Positions 12,101 to 24,667 of a DNA stretch of 64,000 bases are shown piece after piece. Position numbers and translations under genes: made by a program. Location of the stretch: the NCBI GenBank assembly GCA_951406725.2, contig OX597824.1, positions 47,182,001-47,246,000 of the forward strand. The letters run 5' to 3'. The notes beneath the pieces are model-generated. The model was not told the origin of the DNA. It did not search any database and was given only the letters and a program-made list of their open reading frames with translations. Source of the stretch: Octopus vulgaris (Eukaryota). Within the stretch, counting starts at the first letter, position 1; every line of letters begins with the position of its first letter.

Positions 12101-13294
12101 CCTTGCGAACACATTTCTCTCCTACCACGTCACGATTCTCTCTCACACACTGTCTTGCAACACGAAATACCTCAAGTCTTTCATCTTCACGGCGCAGGAC
12201 ATTGGCAAATTTTTCTTATCTGCTTCCCCTCTGGCTAAATACACCTGCCTCCTAGCCTCCCTTCTTGCAGTCTGATACACTTCCCTGCTACCACCGTTCT
12301 TCCAGTCCTTCCAAGCCTGTTTCTTTTGTCTAATAGCCCTGTCAACAGTATTGTTCCACCACCACGTTATTTTGGGTCTTGTGGGGACTTTGCACCAGCC
12401 ACAGATCTGGTCTGTGGCTTTCAGCAGGTTGTCCCTTAGAAGCGCCCAGTTATCTTCTACCCCATGTGTAGCTATACCCCCTTCTATTTCGTCGAAGGCT
12501 TCAAGTAACATGTCTCTAAATCTCTGTCCATTTGCAGGGTCTTTAAGCTTCCAGACCCTTCTTCTCTATGTTGGTCGTCTTCTAGTCGTCCTCTTAGTCC
12601 TGATTCTAAAGTCACTGACTACCAGTCTATGTTGTGGGGTACACTCTTCGCCTGGGAAAGTTTTGGCATTTATAAGCAGCCATCTTTCCCTTTTTCTGGT
12701 AAGGATGTAGTCGATTTGGCTAGTATGCTGGCCCGAACGGTAGGTGACCAAGTGGCTTGTCGGTTTCCTGAAGTTAGTGTTGCAAACCATAAGACTATTC
12801 GCGTCACAGAACTCCAGCAGCCTGGTTCCCTCCTCATTGCGAGAACCATAACCATAGCCTCCATGAACGCCATAGAAGCCCTCAGCATATCGCCCAACAT
12901 GCCCATTGAAGTCACCACCCACAAAGAGAAGGTCCCTGTCGTTCGTCAGTGAGGTGGTCTGCAGTAGGGTGTCATAGAAACAGTCTTTCTGTCCATCGGG
13001 TAGCCCTGGCTGAGGGGCATAGGCCGATATAATAGTTGCTAAACTATGATGGAGCACTAAACTAATCTTCAGTATTCTGTCACATACTCTGACTACCTCG
13101 ATTACCTTACCCACCCATTTTTCGGCAATAAGCATACCTACTCCCCCGACCCCTTCAGTATTCCCAGCCCAGAAAATCTTGTACCTCTGTCCTTTACCTG
13201 TGAGGAACCTAGCAGAACCTCCTCTCCACCTCACCTCTTGAACACAGCATATATCCACACACCTTCGTTCAAGCAATTCAACGATCTCGCCAGA
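9145..13294 (-). mobile_element. RTE-clade LINE, nearly full ORF, 5'-truncated and disrupted; in DNAAF3 intron
   Basis: APE endonuclease (VQEVRW, SAYAPQ, GDFNGH, SQIDY) 12566-13276; RT (QFGF, AFVDMEKAF, GVHQGSVLSP, YADD) 10315-11649; one nonsense codon and about 3 frameshifts; 3' UTR with tandem array; (ATG)n tail near 9145-9170. Confidence 0.95.
9317..10290. repeat. Tandem array in RTE 3' UTR: about 16 subunits of ~60 bp alternating as a 121-bp dimer
   Basis: GGTGCTTTTACGTG recurs every 60-61 bp; A and B subunits alternate. Confidence 0.95.
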
Positions 13295-14564
13295 GGGGTG
13301 TAGGAAAAGTCTTGAGCCTCAAAATGACAAAACATAGTACAAGACTTCTGATGATTTATTTTTCAACATAGTCCCCCTTGATGGCTGAACACTTTCTCCA
13401 GCGAGGTTGAAGTGCCATTATCTCGGCGTAGAGGAACTCTTTTGTTTGAGACTCCAAGAAACAACCTGCAGCATCTATAACATTATTGTCACTGGCAAAA
13501 TGGCGACCAGCCAGGGCTTTTTTCATTTTTGGGAATAGTCTGAGTGGCAAATAAGGTGGATGGGGAACAAGTTCATATCCACAATCACGAATTGTTGCCA
13601 TGGCAACCACTGAGGTGTGGGCTGGAGCATTGTCGTGATGAAAAAGGAATCCTCTGGTGAACATTCCCGACCATTTTTTTTTTATTGCTTCTCGAAGGCG
13701 TTTCAGTAGCTGAGAATACAGCCCTGTCATGGTGTGACCCTTTTCAATGTAATTGATCAGCAAGATGCCTTGAGAATCCCCAAAAAACTGACGCCATGAC
13801 CTTGCCAGCTGAAGGAATGACCCTGGCTTTCTTTGAGGTAGGAGAAGATGTGTGCTTCCACTGCTTTGATTGTTCTTTTGTTACAGGCCGGTAGTGATGA
13901 ACCCAACTTTCGTCCATAGTAATGAAACGAACAAGAAAATTCTCTTCATCGGCTTCAAACAGTTCCAGGTTGCTTGTGGACAAAGTGCACCTGGTGCGTT
14001 TCTGTTCAGGAGTTAAAAGGTGAGGGACCCACCTTGCAGAAACCTTTGAGAACCCAAGTTCTTTTGTGACAGTGTTGTCTGCTTTTTCAGTTGAGATGCC
14101 CAGTCTCTTGGCTATCTGATGACAGGATATTCAACAATCTTGCATTATCATACCAAGAGCAAGGTCAATGTTGTCCCCGGTGGTTGCAGTTGGAGGTCTC
14201 CCTGGTCTGGGATCATCTTCCACACTCTCCCTGCCACGCTGGAATTCATTTACCCAGCATTTAACTGTTGCATATGAAGGAGCATTGTCTGTTAAGGTTC
14301 TCACCATATCTAAATGAATTTCTGATGGAGTCATGCCTTTTAAATGAAGGTACTTTATGACAGCACGATACTCAGTTTTCTCCATTTTCCTTGTAACCTC
14401 GACACTTGTTTATTCAAAAATCTGTAACAAAAAGAATTTAAATATCAGAATCATGAAAATGAGTAAGAATACTCCGAAAAGACTGTACTTACCAGAAAAA
14501 GTTGTTTCAGCTACCTAGCAGCCCTGTTTCAAGGTTAGGCTCAAAACTTTTCATACACCCCTCA
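13293..14564 (-). mobile_element. Mariner (D,D34D type) DNA transposon, full-length but decayed
   Basis: TIRs GAGGGGTGTAGGAAAAGTCTTGAGCCT / AGGCTCAAAACTTTTCATACACCCCTC followed by TA; broken transposase 14385->13356 with HTH, WVPHLL, TMDESWV, HDNAPAH; HPPYSPDLAPSD motif partly deleted. Confidence 0.93.
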
Positions 14565-15220
14565 TATATTGAAAGCATTCAATAAAGAAAGAATTTAAAC
14601 TGAAGTATAATGAAAGTGTTTAAATATTGCATTATGTCTATTATATCCTTTTGCATTAAAGGTTGATAGTAAGAATTCCTTGGAATTTCTTTGTCCCAGT
14701 TGTGAAAATTTGTATGCCTACATCAGTGATTGCATTGATCGGTGTCTTATTAACTACAATTTGACTTATAATTGTTGATATAAGTAGTCAGAAAATAAAA
14801 CTAAGATTTGATAGCAATAAATCTCAGTTTTGGAGGTGAGGTTGTTTGTCATTATCATGAGATAGAAATACTATAAATGTACAATGCCAGCATAATTTAT
14901 GTTCCATGAAATTACATACAAAATACTGAATAAAGAGTGTTTAAGAGGCTCTTTTCACTTTCTGAAAACTTAAAATGTCATGTTTTAATTTATATAAAAA
15001 GAAACTTTTCATAGCTTTAACTTTACAACATACACTTTTGCAGCCTACACTGATAAAATTCAAAAGTCACTTTTGAAATTACCTTTTGTTTTGTTTAGGA
15101 TATATGAGCTTATTGTTTTACTTTCCTTTACTTAATTCTTTCTTGCATATATTCCTATATTTCAATGAAGCAAAGTATTACTTAATCCATCTATACACTA
15201 ATAACAATAAATTTGATTAA

Positions 15221-15438
15221 CCTTTTAGCAGTTAAACTTGCCATATCCAGCCCAAATATTTTACCTGTTTTATGCTCAAACCAACCAGATGTAGCCTTTC
15301 ACACCTACATTACAATGTCATCCTAAAAACAATCACACATCATTTAAATCTCAAAGCTATGAGTTAATCCATGATTAATCCAAAACAATGTGAGTAAATA
15401 AACATTACATTTGATAGAGTAATCTGAATGCTAAAGGG
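15221..15438. mobile_element. piggyBac-type MITE (copy 2)
   Basis: TTAA|CCTTTTAGCA...TGCTAAAGGG|TTAA. Confidence 0.8.
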
Positions 15439-15562
15439 TTAAACATTTTTTTCTATACATCATATTACTAAGGAAAAGTCAGTGTGTATTATATATGTGA
15501 TATTTTTGCCCATAATCAGTGAGGCATATTATATGCAAAGAAATATGGTATTTATTTGATAG

Positions 15563-15656
15563 GGAGACCAGATTACGAAGCTACCTACAAACGAGATATG
15601 ACACCAAAATGAATGCTTTTGACTGGGATTATCACATGAGACTTGTTGAAAAAGGG
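15563..15656 (+). CDS. DNAAF3: DNAAF3 exon
   Basis: tag|(W)ETRLRSYLQTRYDTKMNAFDWDYHMRLVEKG|gtatta; RLRxYLxxRYD...DWD motif. Confidence 0.93.
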
Positions 15657-16968
15657 GTATTAATATATTACATTTATATATTTGTTTTGAAAGATTCTTG
15701 ATGTGAAATTGTGTGTTGAAACAGATATTGTTATACTTGGGGATGGTCATATTTTGTCAATTAACTACAAAAAGACAGAATGGACTAAACAGAACAAGAG
15801 GAGTCACTGAAGTGATCACAGGATGTGTGATGAAAGAGCTTTGACAAAAGAACTAAAATAATAATAATAATAATAATTATGCTGAAGTAAAGAACAAACA
15901 TTTAGTGTGTGTGTTTAATTGGCAAAATATGACCATTCCCAAGTATAACAATAGGGTATTAATATAATATTTTATGTTTGTGCATGTGTGTGTGTGTGTG
16001 TATGTAGGAAACTAAACGAGTCCACACCATAGTAGCCAAGTAGCTTTTAGTGATTACTAATAGAAGTAAAATTGTGATAGAAGTCAACTTTTATCTCCGT
16101 TTTACATAACTGAAGCTATGATGTTGATCTTAAGGTCTGGTTACATTCAAGGTCAGAGGTTTGAGGAGGAACACATTTCCATCTTTTGGCAATGCAACTA
16201 ACTAGTATCGAAGAAATGGTTGAATAACATTTTTGTCATGAGCATAACATTAGGGCTGTTTTTCTAATTACTTCTTACCTGCTACCCAGTCCTCCATATA
16301 ATCTATTGTTTTCCATCACTGAAAACACCTTGGTATGGATCTTATGGTTTAGTCACCATTTTTATATATCATCATTATCATTTAACGTCTGTTTTCCATG
16401 CTGGCATAGGTTGGACAGTTTGACAGGAACTGGCAATCCAGTGCCACACCAAGTCCCAGCTGCCTGTTTTGGCAAAGTTTCTATGGCTGGATACCCTTCC
16501 TAATGCCAACCAATTCATGACAACATGGCACATGAATATTAAATGATGAGAAATAAGGTACTGGTGATATATGGTGATGTGTATGTATGTTATAAGTGTG
16601 TGTGCATGCACTGATGTGTTTGTGTTTCTGTCTTGACATCACATAATGGTTCTAAATAAGCATCACCATCCAACAAACATTAGTGTTTGCTTCTAATTTT
16701 CCCTGAAAATATTTCCAACCATGGGGAAATATTACCTTAGAAACAGATGAAGGCTGGCAAATGGAATGAATTCTTTTTGCAAGCAATAAAAAGTAGGTAA
16801 TGGAGTAGCCGGGGCACTGGAAGCAGTGGTGGGGCAGGAGTATTTTCACATGTTCAAAGTTATATGAACCACATGCAGTTTCTGAATATGTTTATGTTTT
16901 ATGTCATAACATTTGCAATCTTGATAATAGTCTTTTCTTTTTATTTTCGTTTTTGCTACACTGAACAG

Positions 16969-17091
16969 GCTGATGTAATAGATAAGCATGAATACAAGAA
17001 GTGGAGAAATATTGGAGTGGCATTTGAGAACCGCGATGGTGACTATGTTTTACCCAATACAACCCTAGCTTCAGGAATAATTCTGATGAAG
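16969..17091 (+). CDS. DNAAF3: DNAAF3 exon
   Basis: cag|ADVIDKHEYKKWRNIGVAFENRDGDYVLPNTTLASGIILMK|gtaggt; WRxxGVAFE...PNxTLASG. Confidence 0.93.
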
Positions 17092-18358
17092 GTAGGTTCC
17101 ATAGATTAAATATCTTGTACATACAGGTCCACTCTGTAAGGTGGTTGGTGTTAGGAAGGACATCCAGCTATAAAAAAACCATGCCAAAACAGACAGGGAA
17201 GCCAAGTGAAGTTTTCTGGGTTGCCAGCTCCTGTCAAACCTTCAAACCTGTACCAGCATGGAAAAATGGACTTTAAATGATGATGACAATAACGATGATG
17301 ATTATGATGATAACTGTGTGTGTGTGTATCCTCCAGACTGTTTTTCCTGTCAAAAGAAAGAACAAGAGTTCTCAGTTAAGCTACTAGTTTATAATATCAA
17401 CATTTATCTATTTCTGCAAAATTGTTGAATCTCAATTTAGAGAAGTTGGTTAGGAAAGCAGCAGAAATACTTACAGAATGTTTTATTAGAATTTAGTTCA
17501 ATAACTCATTGTTATGAGTTCACATGCTATTTCTGATTTCAATCATTATAGAATCAATAAATTAATTAATAATATTCTTAGAAGATCAATTCAAATGACC
17601 ATATTCCTCTCTACAAAACTTTACCTTATGCTTAATTAAAATTAAATTAAATTAAGTCAATGAGTCTAAACGAAGTAGAATGTTTTAAGCTTCTTAGTTT
17701 CTCATTTTACTTCATTTTTATCACCATCATGATCATCATCAATACCAGCAGCAACATTATCACCACCACTATCATCATCATTATCATTATTTTACTGTCC
17801 ACTTTTCCATGCTTGCATGGGTTAGACAGAATTTGTTCTGACAGATTTTCTACAGTAGTACGAACTATAGCCATGCTGGAGTGGTGGGTGCTCCAACATG
17901 GCTACAGTCAAATGAATGAAACAAGTAAATGATTATATATACCATGTGACCACATGGTCAACTGGACTACATGGTCAACTAGACTATCAGATGTTGTTAT
18001 ACATCACTGATCAGAATGCACTTTGGATTGTTTTAGCTTTTGAATGATGTCATCCTGCTGGCTAGACTAATAGGCCAACATTCTCCCTCTAATCCATCTC
18101 AAAGTTACCTATTTACAGCTGAGTAGACTGGAGCAATGTGAAATAAAGTTTTTTATTGAAGAACACATGCTGCCAAGTTCAAGAATTGAACCCGTGATCT
18201 GACGATTGTGAGTTCAATTCCTGGATTTGACAGAAAAATTATAAAAATTATACAAAATGCATTGAATTTTTGTCAATTACCGCTAACAAAAATTTTTGGT
18301 TTCCATTTCAAATCAGAAATTTTATCTTGATTCAAATTTGTTTCCTTTTATTTTACAG

Positions 18359-18481
18359 AATGGCGAAAGAATAAATCTGAGAGGTTACTGGGGAGATATT
18401 TTAGTTGGACCATATATTGCAATGGGAATTGAAAGTGACTTTAAGGAACTATTCAAAAAATTCAATGGATACTACAGAAAG
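18359..18481 (+). CDS. DNAAF3: DNAAF3 exon
   Basis: cag|NGERINLRGYWGDILVGPYIAMGIESDFKELFKKFNGYYRK|gtaagt; hallmark RGYWGDIxxGP. Confidence 0.95.
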
Positions 18482-19711
18482 GTAAGTAGTATATAAAACA
18501 GTGGCTCTCAAAATGAATGGTTGCTGAACTCAGATTGAATGCTAACATAGTAAAAGCTGGTAAGGAATACTATGTTATGGTACAGTACAGCAGAGGACAA
18601 TTCATATAATACTTATTGGAAACATTGTATTGTAATTGTTTTGAAATAACTATGTGGAATAATTTACCTCCGGATCTCAGATATTGATGAAATATGGAAG
18701 TGCCTGTTGAATCTTGTATATTTCTGTGGTAGCCCCTCTACCTAATAACTTTTAACAACAGCACAAGACCACAGACATTTTGAGGGGCCCCAATGAATTA
18801 AATTATTCTCAGTACTTGACTGGTATTTATTTTATCAATCATCTCCAAAAGGATGAAAAGCAAAAATTACTCTTGGCAACAATTGAAATCAGGTGAGTGA
18901 ATGGCAGAACTGGTAGAGCATCAAACAAAACATTTAGGAGTATTTGATTATGTCCCTTTATGTTTGGAGTTCAAATTATACTCTAGTCCATATTGCCTTT
19001 CATCAAAATACTGGGAGTCAATGTAATTAATTGCATACTAAAAAGGTGAAAAAGTGAATGTTCCTGTGTGGTCAAAGACCACTGACTGAAACCAGTAAAA
19101 GATAACAATGCAACTAAATATCTTATCCCACTTTATCTGGTTTTAGGGTTCTTATCAATTATATTACCCCATCTACTTCACTGGTACTTGTCTGAAGATG
19201 TATGGCTTAATGGTTAGGGTGTTGCACTCATGATTGTAATATTTGATGGAGAGAGTGATCTCATGCACCACACAAACATTTAATCTCTATAAACAAATCA
19301 TCTGTGCAGGTCGTTCAGGAAGAAATTAAGAAATTGTCTTTCTTGAACTGAAGAGACAACCAACAACTACCTAGCAAGTACTTTATTTTGTCAACCCCAA
19401 AAGGCTGAAAAGCAAAGTTGACCTTGGCAAGATTTGAACTCAAAATGTCAGAATTTCACTAATTTGTGAAATTATTTCAGTTTAATTTTTCCTGTCTTAT
19501 AATTTCCCACAGTGTTATTGTTCAATCTTCCTATCCTGAATCAAAATTCTTGGCTAAAATCTGAACAAATATTTGTGATAGGCTGTTATTAAGCATTTAC
19601 CATTTTACTTCCTTTGTCTGTAAAATAACAATTTTCTTTTAAAAAAAGTAAGACAATACATGATATTTTGAAAAATAGTTATTCTGGTTGTAATTATATA
19701 TTTCTGTGCAG

Positions 19712-19823
19712 ACTGCTCGAAATGTTACTGAACATAACCTTACTTCAATGTTTCATACAATAATGACCGGGGAGACTTATATTCCTCCCAAAGAAACTGG
19801 TACTACTGACAATAAAGTTACAG
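19712..19823 (+). CDS. DNAAF3: DNAAF3 exon
   Basis: cag|TARNVTEHNLTSMFHTIMTGETYIPPKETGTTDNKVT|gtaaga. Confidence 0.88.
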
Positions 19824-20286
19824 GTAAGAGTTTCTACTGAAAATGTTTTATTCGTTTACCTTTTCTTTTACCTTTTACTTGATTCAGTCATTAGACTGTG
19901 GCCATTCTAGAGCACTGCCTTGAAGAATTTTTAGTCAAATGAATCACCCCAGTACTTATTATTTTTTAAAGCCTGGTACTTATTCTATCAGTTTCTGTTG
20001 CCAAAGCACTAAGTTATGGGGACATAAACACACCAACACCAGTGGGGAACAAGCGCAGCCACAAAGACATTCATACATAAATACATACATATATGATGGA
20101 CTTCTTTCAGTTTCTGTCTACTAAATCCACTCACAAAGCTTTGGTCAGCTCAAGACACTTGTCCAAGGTGCTACACGGTGGGACTGAACCCAGAACTTTG
20201 TGGTTGGAAAGCAAGCTTCTTACCACACAGCAGTGCCTGTGCTTTCATTTTTCATGATTCATTTAACACAGCCAGGAATAGATATA

Positions 20287-20288
20287 CC

Positions 20289-20320
<32 letters not shown>

Positions 20321-20445
20321 CTGTTGTTGTTGTTGTTGTTGCTGCTGCAGCTGTGGTGGTGGTAGTGGTGGTGATGGTGGTGGTGCTGCTGCTGCTGGTA
20401 TTGTGCTGGTGCTGGTGGTGCTGCTTGTGCTGCTGGTATTGTTGT
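20287..20445. repeat. Mixed trinucleotide microsatellite (GCT/GTT/GGT)
   Basis: directly visible; source of the poly-C/V/A/T pseudo-ORFs. Confidence 0.95.
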
Positions 20446-21030
20446 TTAGCTAAGGTTAGTCTTGATAAAGTAGATCCATCCCATATTCTTTTTTCAGGCA
20501 TATCACAGTTTATCCATGACAACATTACTCAATGATAACTACTTTCTGCATTTGATTGAGCTTGTCTGGTACAATCTGTGCATTGGAGTTGGGTTTGCTA
20601 GACTAAGGGAGACTGTTGTTTGATTCCCTGATCTGTATCTAACACTATACAACTTATGTTTACATGCTTATCATCAATGACCTCCCCACAACCATAAAGA
20701 GGTGTGTGACACTTAGCTGAGAAGCTCACCATCTTTACCTACAACCAACCAGACCTACCACCAGTTATTTCTGTTGGTATCACACATTTAACAACATTTG
20801 TTTTGTGCCTTTGTCCAAACTGCACTGGGCAGAGATAACAATTTTCCCACAGTGTCTAAGATCAAGTACCAGTCAAGTACTGAGGACAATTTAACTGACT
20901 AGCCTCATCCCTCAAATTTAAGGCCTTGTATCTACATTGCTGCTGCTGCTGTTGTTATTGCTGATGATGATATTTATTATTCTTTCTTTTACTGAGTTAT
21001 CTATGTCACATCTCAGCTCCATCCTGAAGC

Positions 21031-21480
21031 TTAGAGATGCAACACTTTTCTCATCACATATGCTGTTCTACTTATTGCCACCAACCAAATACATCCTATG
21101 AAGTTTGATATTTGTTGCTTTTGATACCAGAATATTGCTTTCTTTGACATGATCCAAAGTGCATTAATCACAATAGGTACCGCACTCACTTTTGAGGCTC
21201 TGTGGATGTATTTCACTTCAAATGCTAAGTCTTGGTACTTCCCGACTTTTTCATCCTCTGTCTTCACAATATTCTGGTCTGCAAATGAAGAATGATATCT
21301 GGTCAGTTATATTGCAGCTTCTTGTCTGTGTAGATTGGAAATGTTTTCCTTCGCCTTGGTGTTCATCATTAGGCCTAATTGTAAAACACTAGGATACTTG
21401 TAACCCTCTCCAATCACTTCTCCTATGCACTTATCATCTGGAGGTTGTACTCCATTGCTGTCTACTTTTCACCCTCTCCT
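21031..21480 (-). mobile_element. R4/Dong-like non-LTR retrotransposon 3' fragment (restriction-like endonuclease)
   Basis: RPDII...EKVGKYQDLAFEVK...VSAVPIVINAL...TAYVMRKVL. Confidence 0.75.
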
Positions 21481-21720
21481 CAATTCAATAACAGCACAGT
21501 TTTGTTTCTTGTTCTGTAGAGTGTCCAACAAAAGTCACCCTCATTACCAAGCAAGCACTTCGTAGGGTTGTCAGTTTAGTTGCCAGCTGCAAGACCATGA
21601 AACAGATTGTACTGGATAATATGTTACCAGTAGCACTAAAAAAGTGACCTGACATATTATTACTGTTATTACTACAAATACCAATATTTTCACTACCACC
21701 AGCATTATTACAACTAGTAT

Positions 21721-21721
<1 letters not shown>

Positions 21722-21770
<49 letters not shown>

Positions 21771-21845
21771 CATCATCACCACAATCACCATCATCATCAT
21801 CATCATCATCATCATCATTATTATCATTATTATCATCATCATCGT
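21722..21845. repeat. (TTA)n-(TCA)n microsatellite
   Basis: directly visible. Confidence 0.95.
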
Positions 21846-22163
21846 CAACCTGAAGGCAGTAAGCTGGCAGAATAATTAGCACACCACAGTTGAGCATATG
21901 GTTGATGTAATCCTTACCCCTTTCACTAAACTGCTGGCCTTGTGCCAAAATTTGAAACCATTATAAGTAAGAGAGTTGGCAGAATCATTAGCACATGAGA
22001 CAAAATGCTTAGCACCATTTCATCCATCTTGACGTTCTGAGTTCAGATTCTGCCATGGTCGACTTTGCCTTTTATCATATCAGGGTTGTTAGAATAAGTT
22101 CCAGCCAAGTAACAACTTCCTCTTCCCTTCAAAAACTGCTGGCCCTGTGCCAAAATTTGAAAC

Positions 22164-22208
<45 letters not shown>

Positions 22209-22220
22209 CATTATTATTTA

Positions 22221-22645
22221 ATGGTATGTACAAATGTGTTACATTTGGAATCAGTGTCTTTGTTGCTGGGTCACAACTAGTTTCCTTAGATATCAAGGAC
22301 TTTTCTAGCAATCTTTGCTCTTCCTAATAGAACATATTTCTGTATTGATGCAATTCTCATAGTTAGTCCACTCTCATTAAGGAAACTATGAAGTCTGATG
22401 CTAACAGTATCCAGGATGCTTATAACTACTAGGATTACTTTTGCAGAAACCCTCCACAACCTTTGCATTTCCCTTACTAAGTTTCAGAAATTTCTTATTT
22501 TTTACCTGTTCTTTTTTTTACCTGTTCTTTAACATATCAGTAGACACAGCCACATCTTTGATGATGCACTCTTTTGACACTTTGTCCAGAATGATAGTAT
22601 CTGGTTGTCTTTCTTCAATCTCATAGTCAGTCAACCCCATAGGAC
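22221..22645 (-). mobile_element. R4/Dong-like 3' fragment embedded in a (TAA)n tract
   Basis: QPDTIILDKVSKECIIKDVAV...KVILVVISILD...IQKYVLLGRAKIARKVLDI; (TTA)n on both sides. Confidence 0.7.
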
Positions 22646-22653
22646 TATTATCA

Positions 22654-22706
<53 letters not shown>

Positions 22707-22720
22707 TCATGCTTTAAAAG

Positions 22721-22810
22721 AAGTTACAGAAGAGTTAGATCCAAATGTTGCTGAAGTTTCAAATGTTACCCAAACAAACGAAAATGTTGGTGATGATAAT
22801 AATGAATATG
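22721..22810 (+). CDS. DNAAF3: DNAAF3 exon (acidic variable linker; exact acceptor uncertain)
   Basis: aag|(E)VTEELDPNVAEVSNVTQTNENVGDDNNEY|gtaagc; phase 1-1, 90 nt; other in-frame acceptors nearby (22724, 22730). Confidence 0.65.
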
Positions 22811-23077
22811 GTAAGCCACAATATTTTTCTGTCTTTTTACCCACCATAAAATCCTCATCATATATATATATATATACTGAAATTCGACAATGATGATGAT
22901 GACATTTATATATATTATGACCTCTGTACCTTGAAGACATGCCTTGGCAATTGCCACCATTTATCTCTCCCTTCCTTACTCTACCATCCCATCTATGTTC
23001 TAATCCCTGTTACTTGTGAGTATACTATAGCACTTCACTACCATCTACCTCCTGCTCTCTCTTGTACCTTTGCTATT

Positions 23078-23325
23078 TCTCTCACTCTCTCTCTCTCTCT
23101 CTCTCTCCTTCTCTTGCTTTTTCCTCTGGCTAGGTAACCAAGTATCTCCTTTACATCAGCACACCTCTCTCTCTCTCTACTTCCCCCTCTTTCTCTCTCT
23201 CTTTCTCCTTCCCCCTCTTTCTTTCTCTCTCTCTCTCTTTCTCCTTCCCCCTCTTTCTTTCTCTCACTCTCTTTCTCCTTCCCCTCTTTCTCTCTCTTTC
23301 TCCTTCTCCCTCTTTCTCTCTCTCC
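23078..23325. repeat. CT-rich polypyrimidine low-complexity tract
   Basis: (CT)n with a ~35-bp internal repeat. Confidence 0.9.
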
Positions 23326-24398
23326 CATAACCATATACCTCCTCTATAGCAAGACACCTGTTTCTGCCTCTCTGTCTCACTCTAACCTCACATTATCAGA
23401 CACAAGATCACCTCCTCCAATGCCTCCTCTCCTCTCAAAATTCCTTGGTGACCCTGCCAGTGTTGGTACCACGTAAAGAACATCCAGTCCACACTGTAAA
23501 GTGGTTGACATTTGGAAGGGCATCCAGCTGTAAAAACCATGCCAAAACTGACCTCGCCTGTACTGGTGCCACATAAAAAGCACTCAGTCTACTCCACAGA
23601 GTGGCTGGTGTTAGGGAGAGCATCCAACCATAAAGCCCTGCCAAAACAGACACAGTAGCCTGAGGTAGTCTTCTGTCTGGCCGGCTCATGTCAAGTTGTC
23701 CGACTCATGTCTGCATGGAAAGCAGACATTAAACAATGATGATGATGATGGTGGTGGCGGTGACGGCAGCGGCGGTGGTGGTGGTGTACTTTTCTGTTAA
23801 GATAAGATCAACAAAAAAGGCACTCCATCTGGTGAGAGATAAATATTGTTTAATGTACACAGTATATAGTTATGAGCTGCTAATAGTTTCATACATCGAA
23901 GATTTTATCTTGGCAGATTTTAAAACATGCCTGGTGTCTCCAAGTTATCTTCAGGCTCTGGCCACATGGCCTATACTAGTTACAAATCAGAACAAGAGAA
24001 CAAGAGAAATCAAAAGAAAAAAAGCAAGATGAAGGTGGGTTCAAAAAGTGGAATGGTGAAAAAAATAGAAAAAGAAAGGAAAAAAGAAAAACAATTAGAC
24101 TTATGTCCCCTTTGATTGTAAAGTCATAAGGCTAGATGGTGTAGAATCAATGGAAGAGGTCTAAAGTCTATGATACAGCTGCACAATCCAGAGAGGGTAG
24201 TGTTCTCCAATTCACCAAATGAAATTTGTCTATATGTTTTCATTTGCTGAAAATTTCTGATTTGAAATTCCGCAATGTAGTGGATTTCTTCTTAGCTCTA
24301 AAAAAGGATATGCATTCTTTCAGCTACACATAACTTGGATTTTTTAGATCCATTAACATGTGGCATGGATTTTTCTATGATTCTCCACTTGACACATG

Positions 24399-24451
<53 letters not shown>

Positions 24452-24552
24452 CTAAAACAAATTTTACTTGTAATGTAAAAATTAAAATAGTTCAGGAAAA
24501 AAGATTTTCATAATTAATGTAAAAAAATGTTTTTTCTCAATTTCTACTTTAG

Positions 24553-24667
24553 AGTCTATCCCAGTGGATTCTTTTAAAGTCACATTTCTCCCATTTGATG
24601 CAATCAAGAGTATGCCTCTAAAAGAACAATATAAGCATTTGTTTGACATCATATATTTCTCTAATTC
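24553..24667 (+). CDS. DNAAF3: DNAAF3 exon
   Basis: tag|(E)SIPVDSFKVTFLPFDAIKSMPLKEQYKHLFDIIYFSN(S)|gtaagt. Confidence 0.9.

Noticed and set aside
10661-12952. Plus-strand ORFs opposite the RTE, mirrored in other copies
   Set aside because: Antisense shadows of the RT/endonuclease frame.
20178-20535. Poly-Cys/Val/Thr ORFs; similar low-complexity ORFs at 21571-21948, 23038-23357 and 54407-54847
   Set aside because: Microsatellite translations with no coding evidence.
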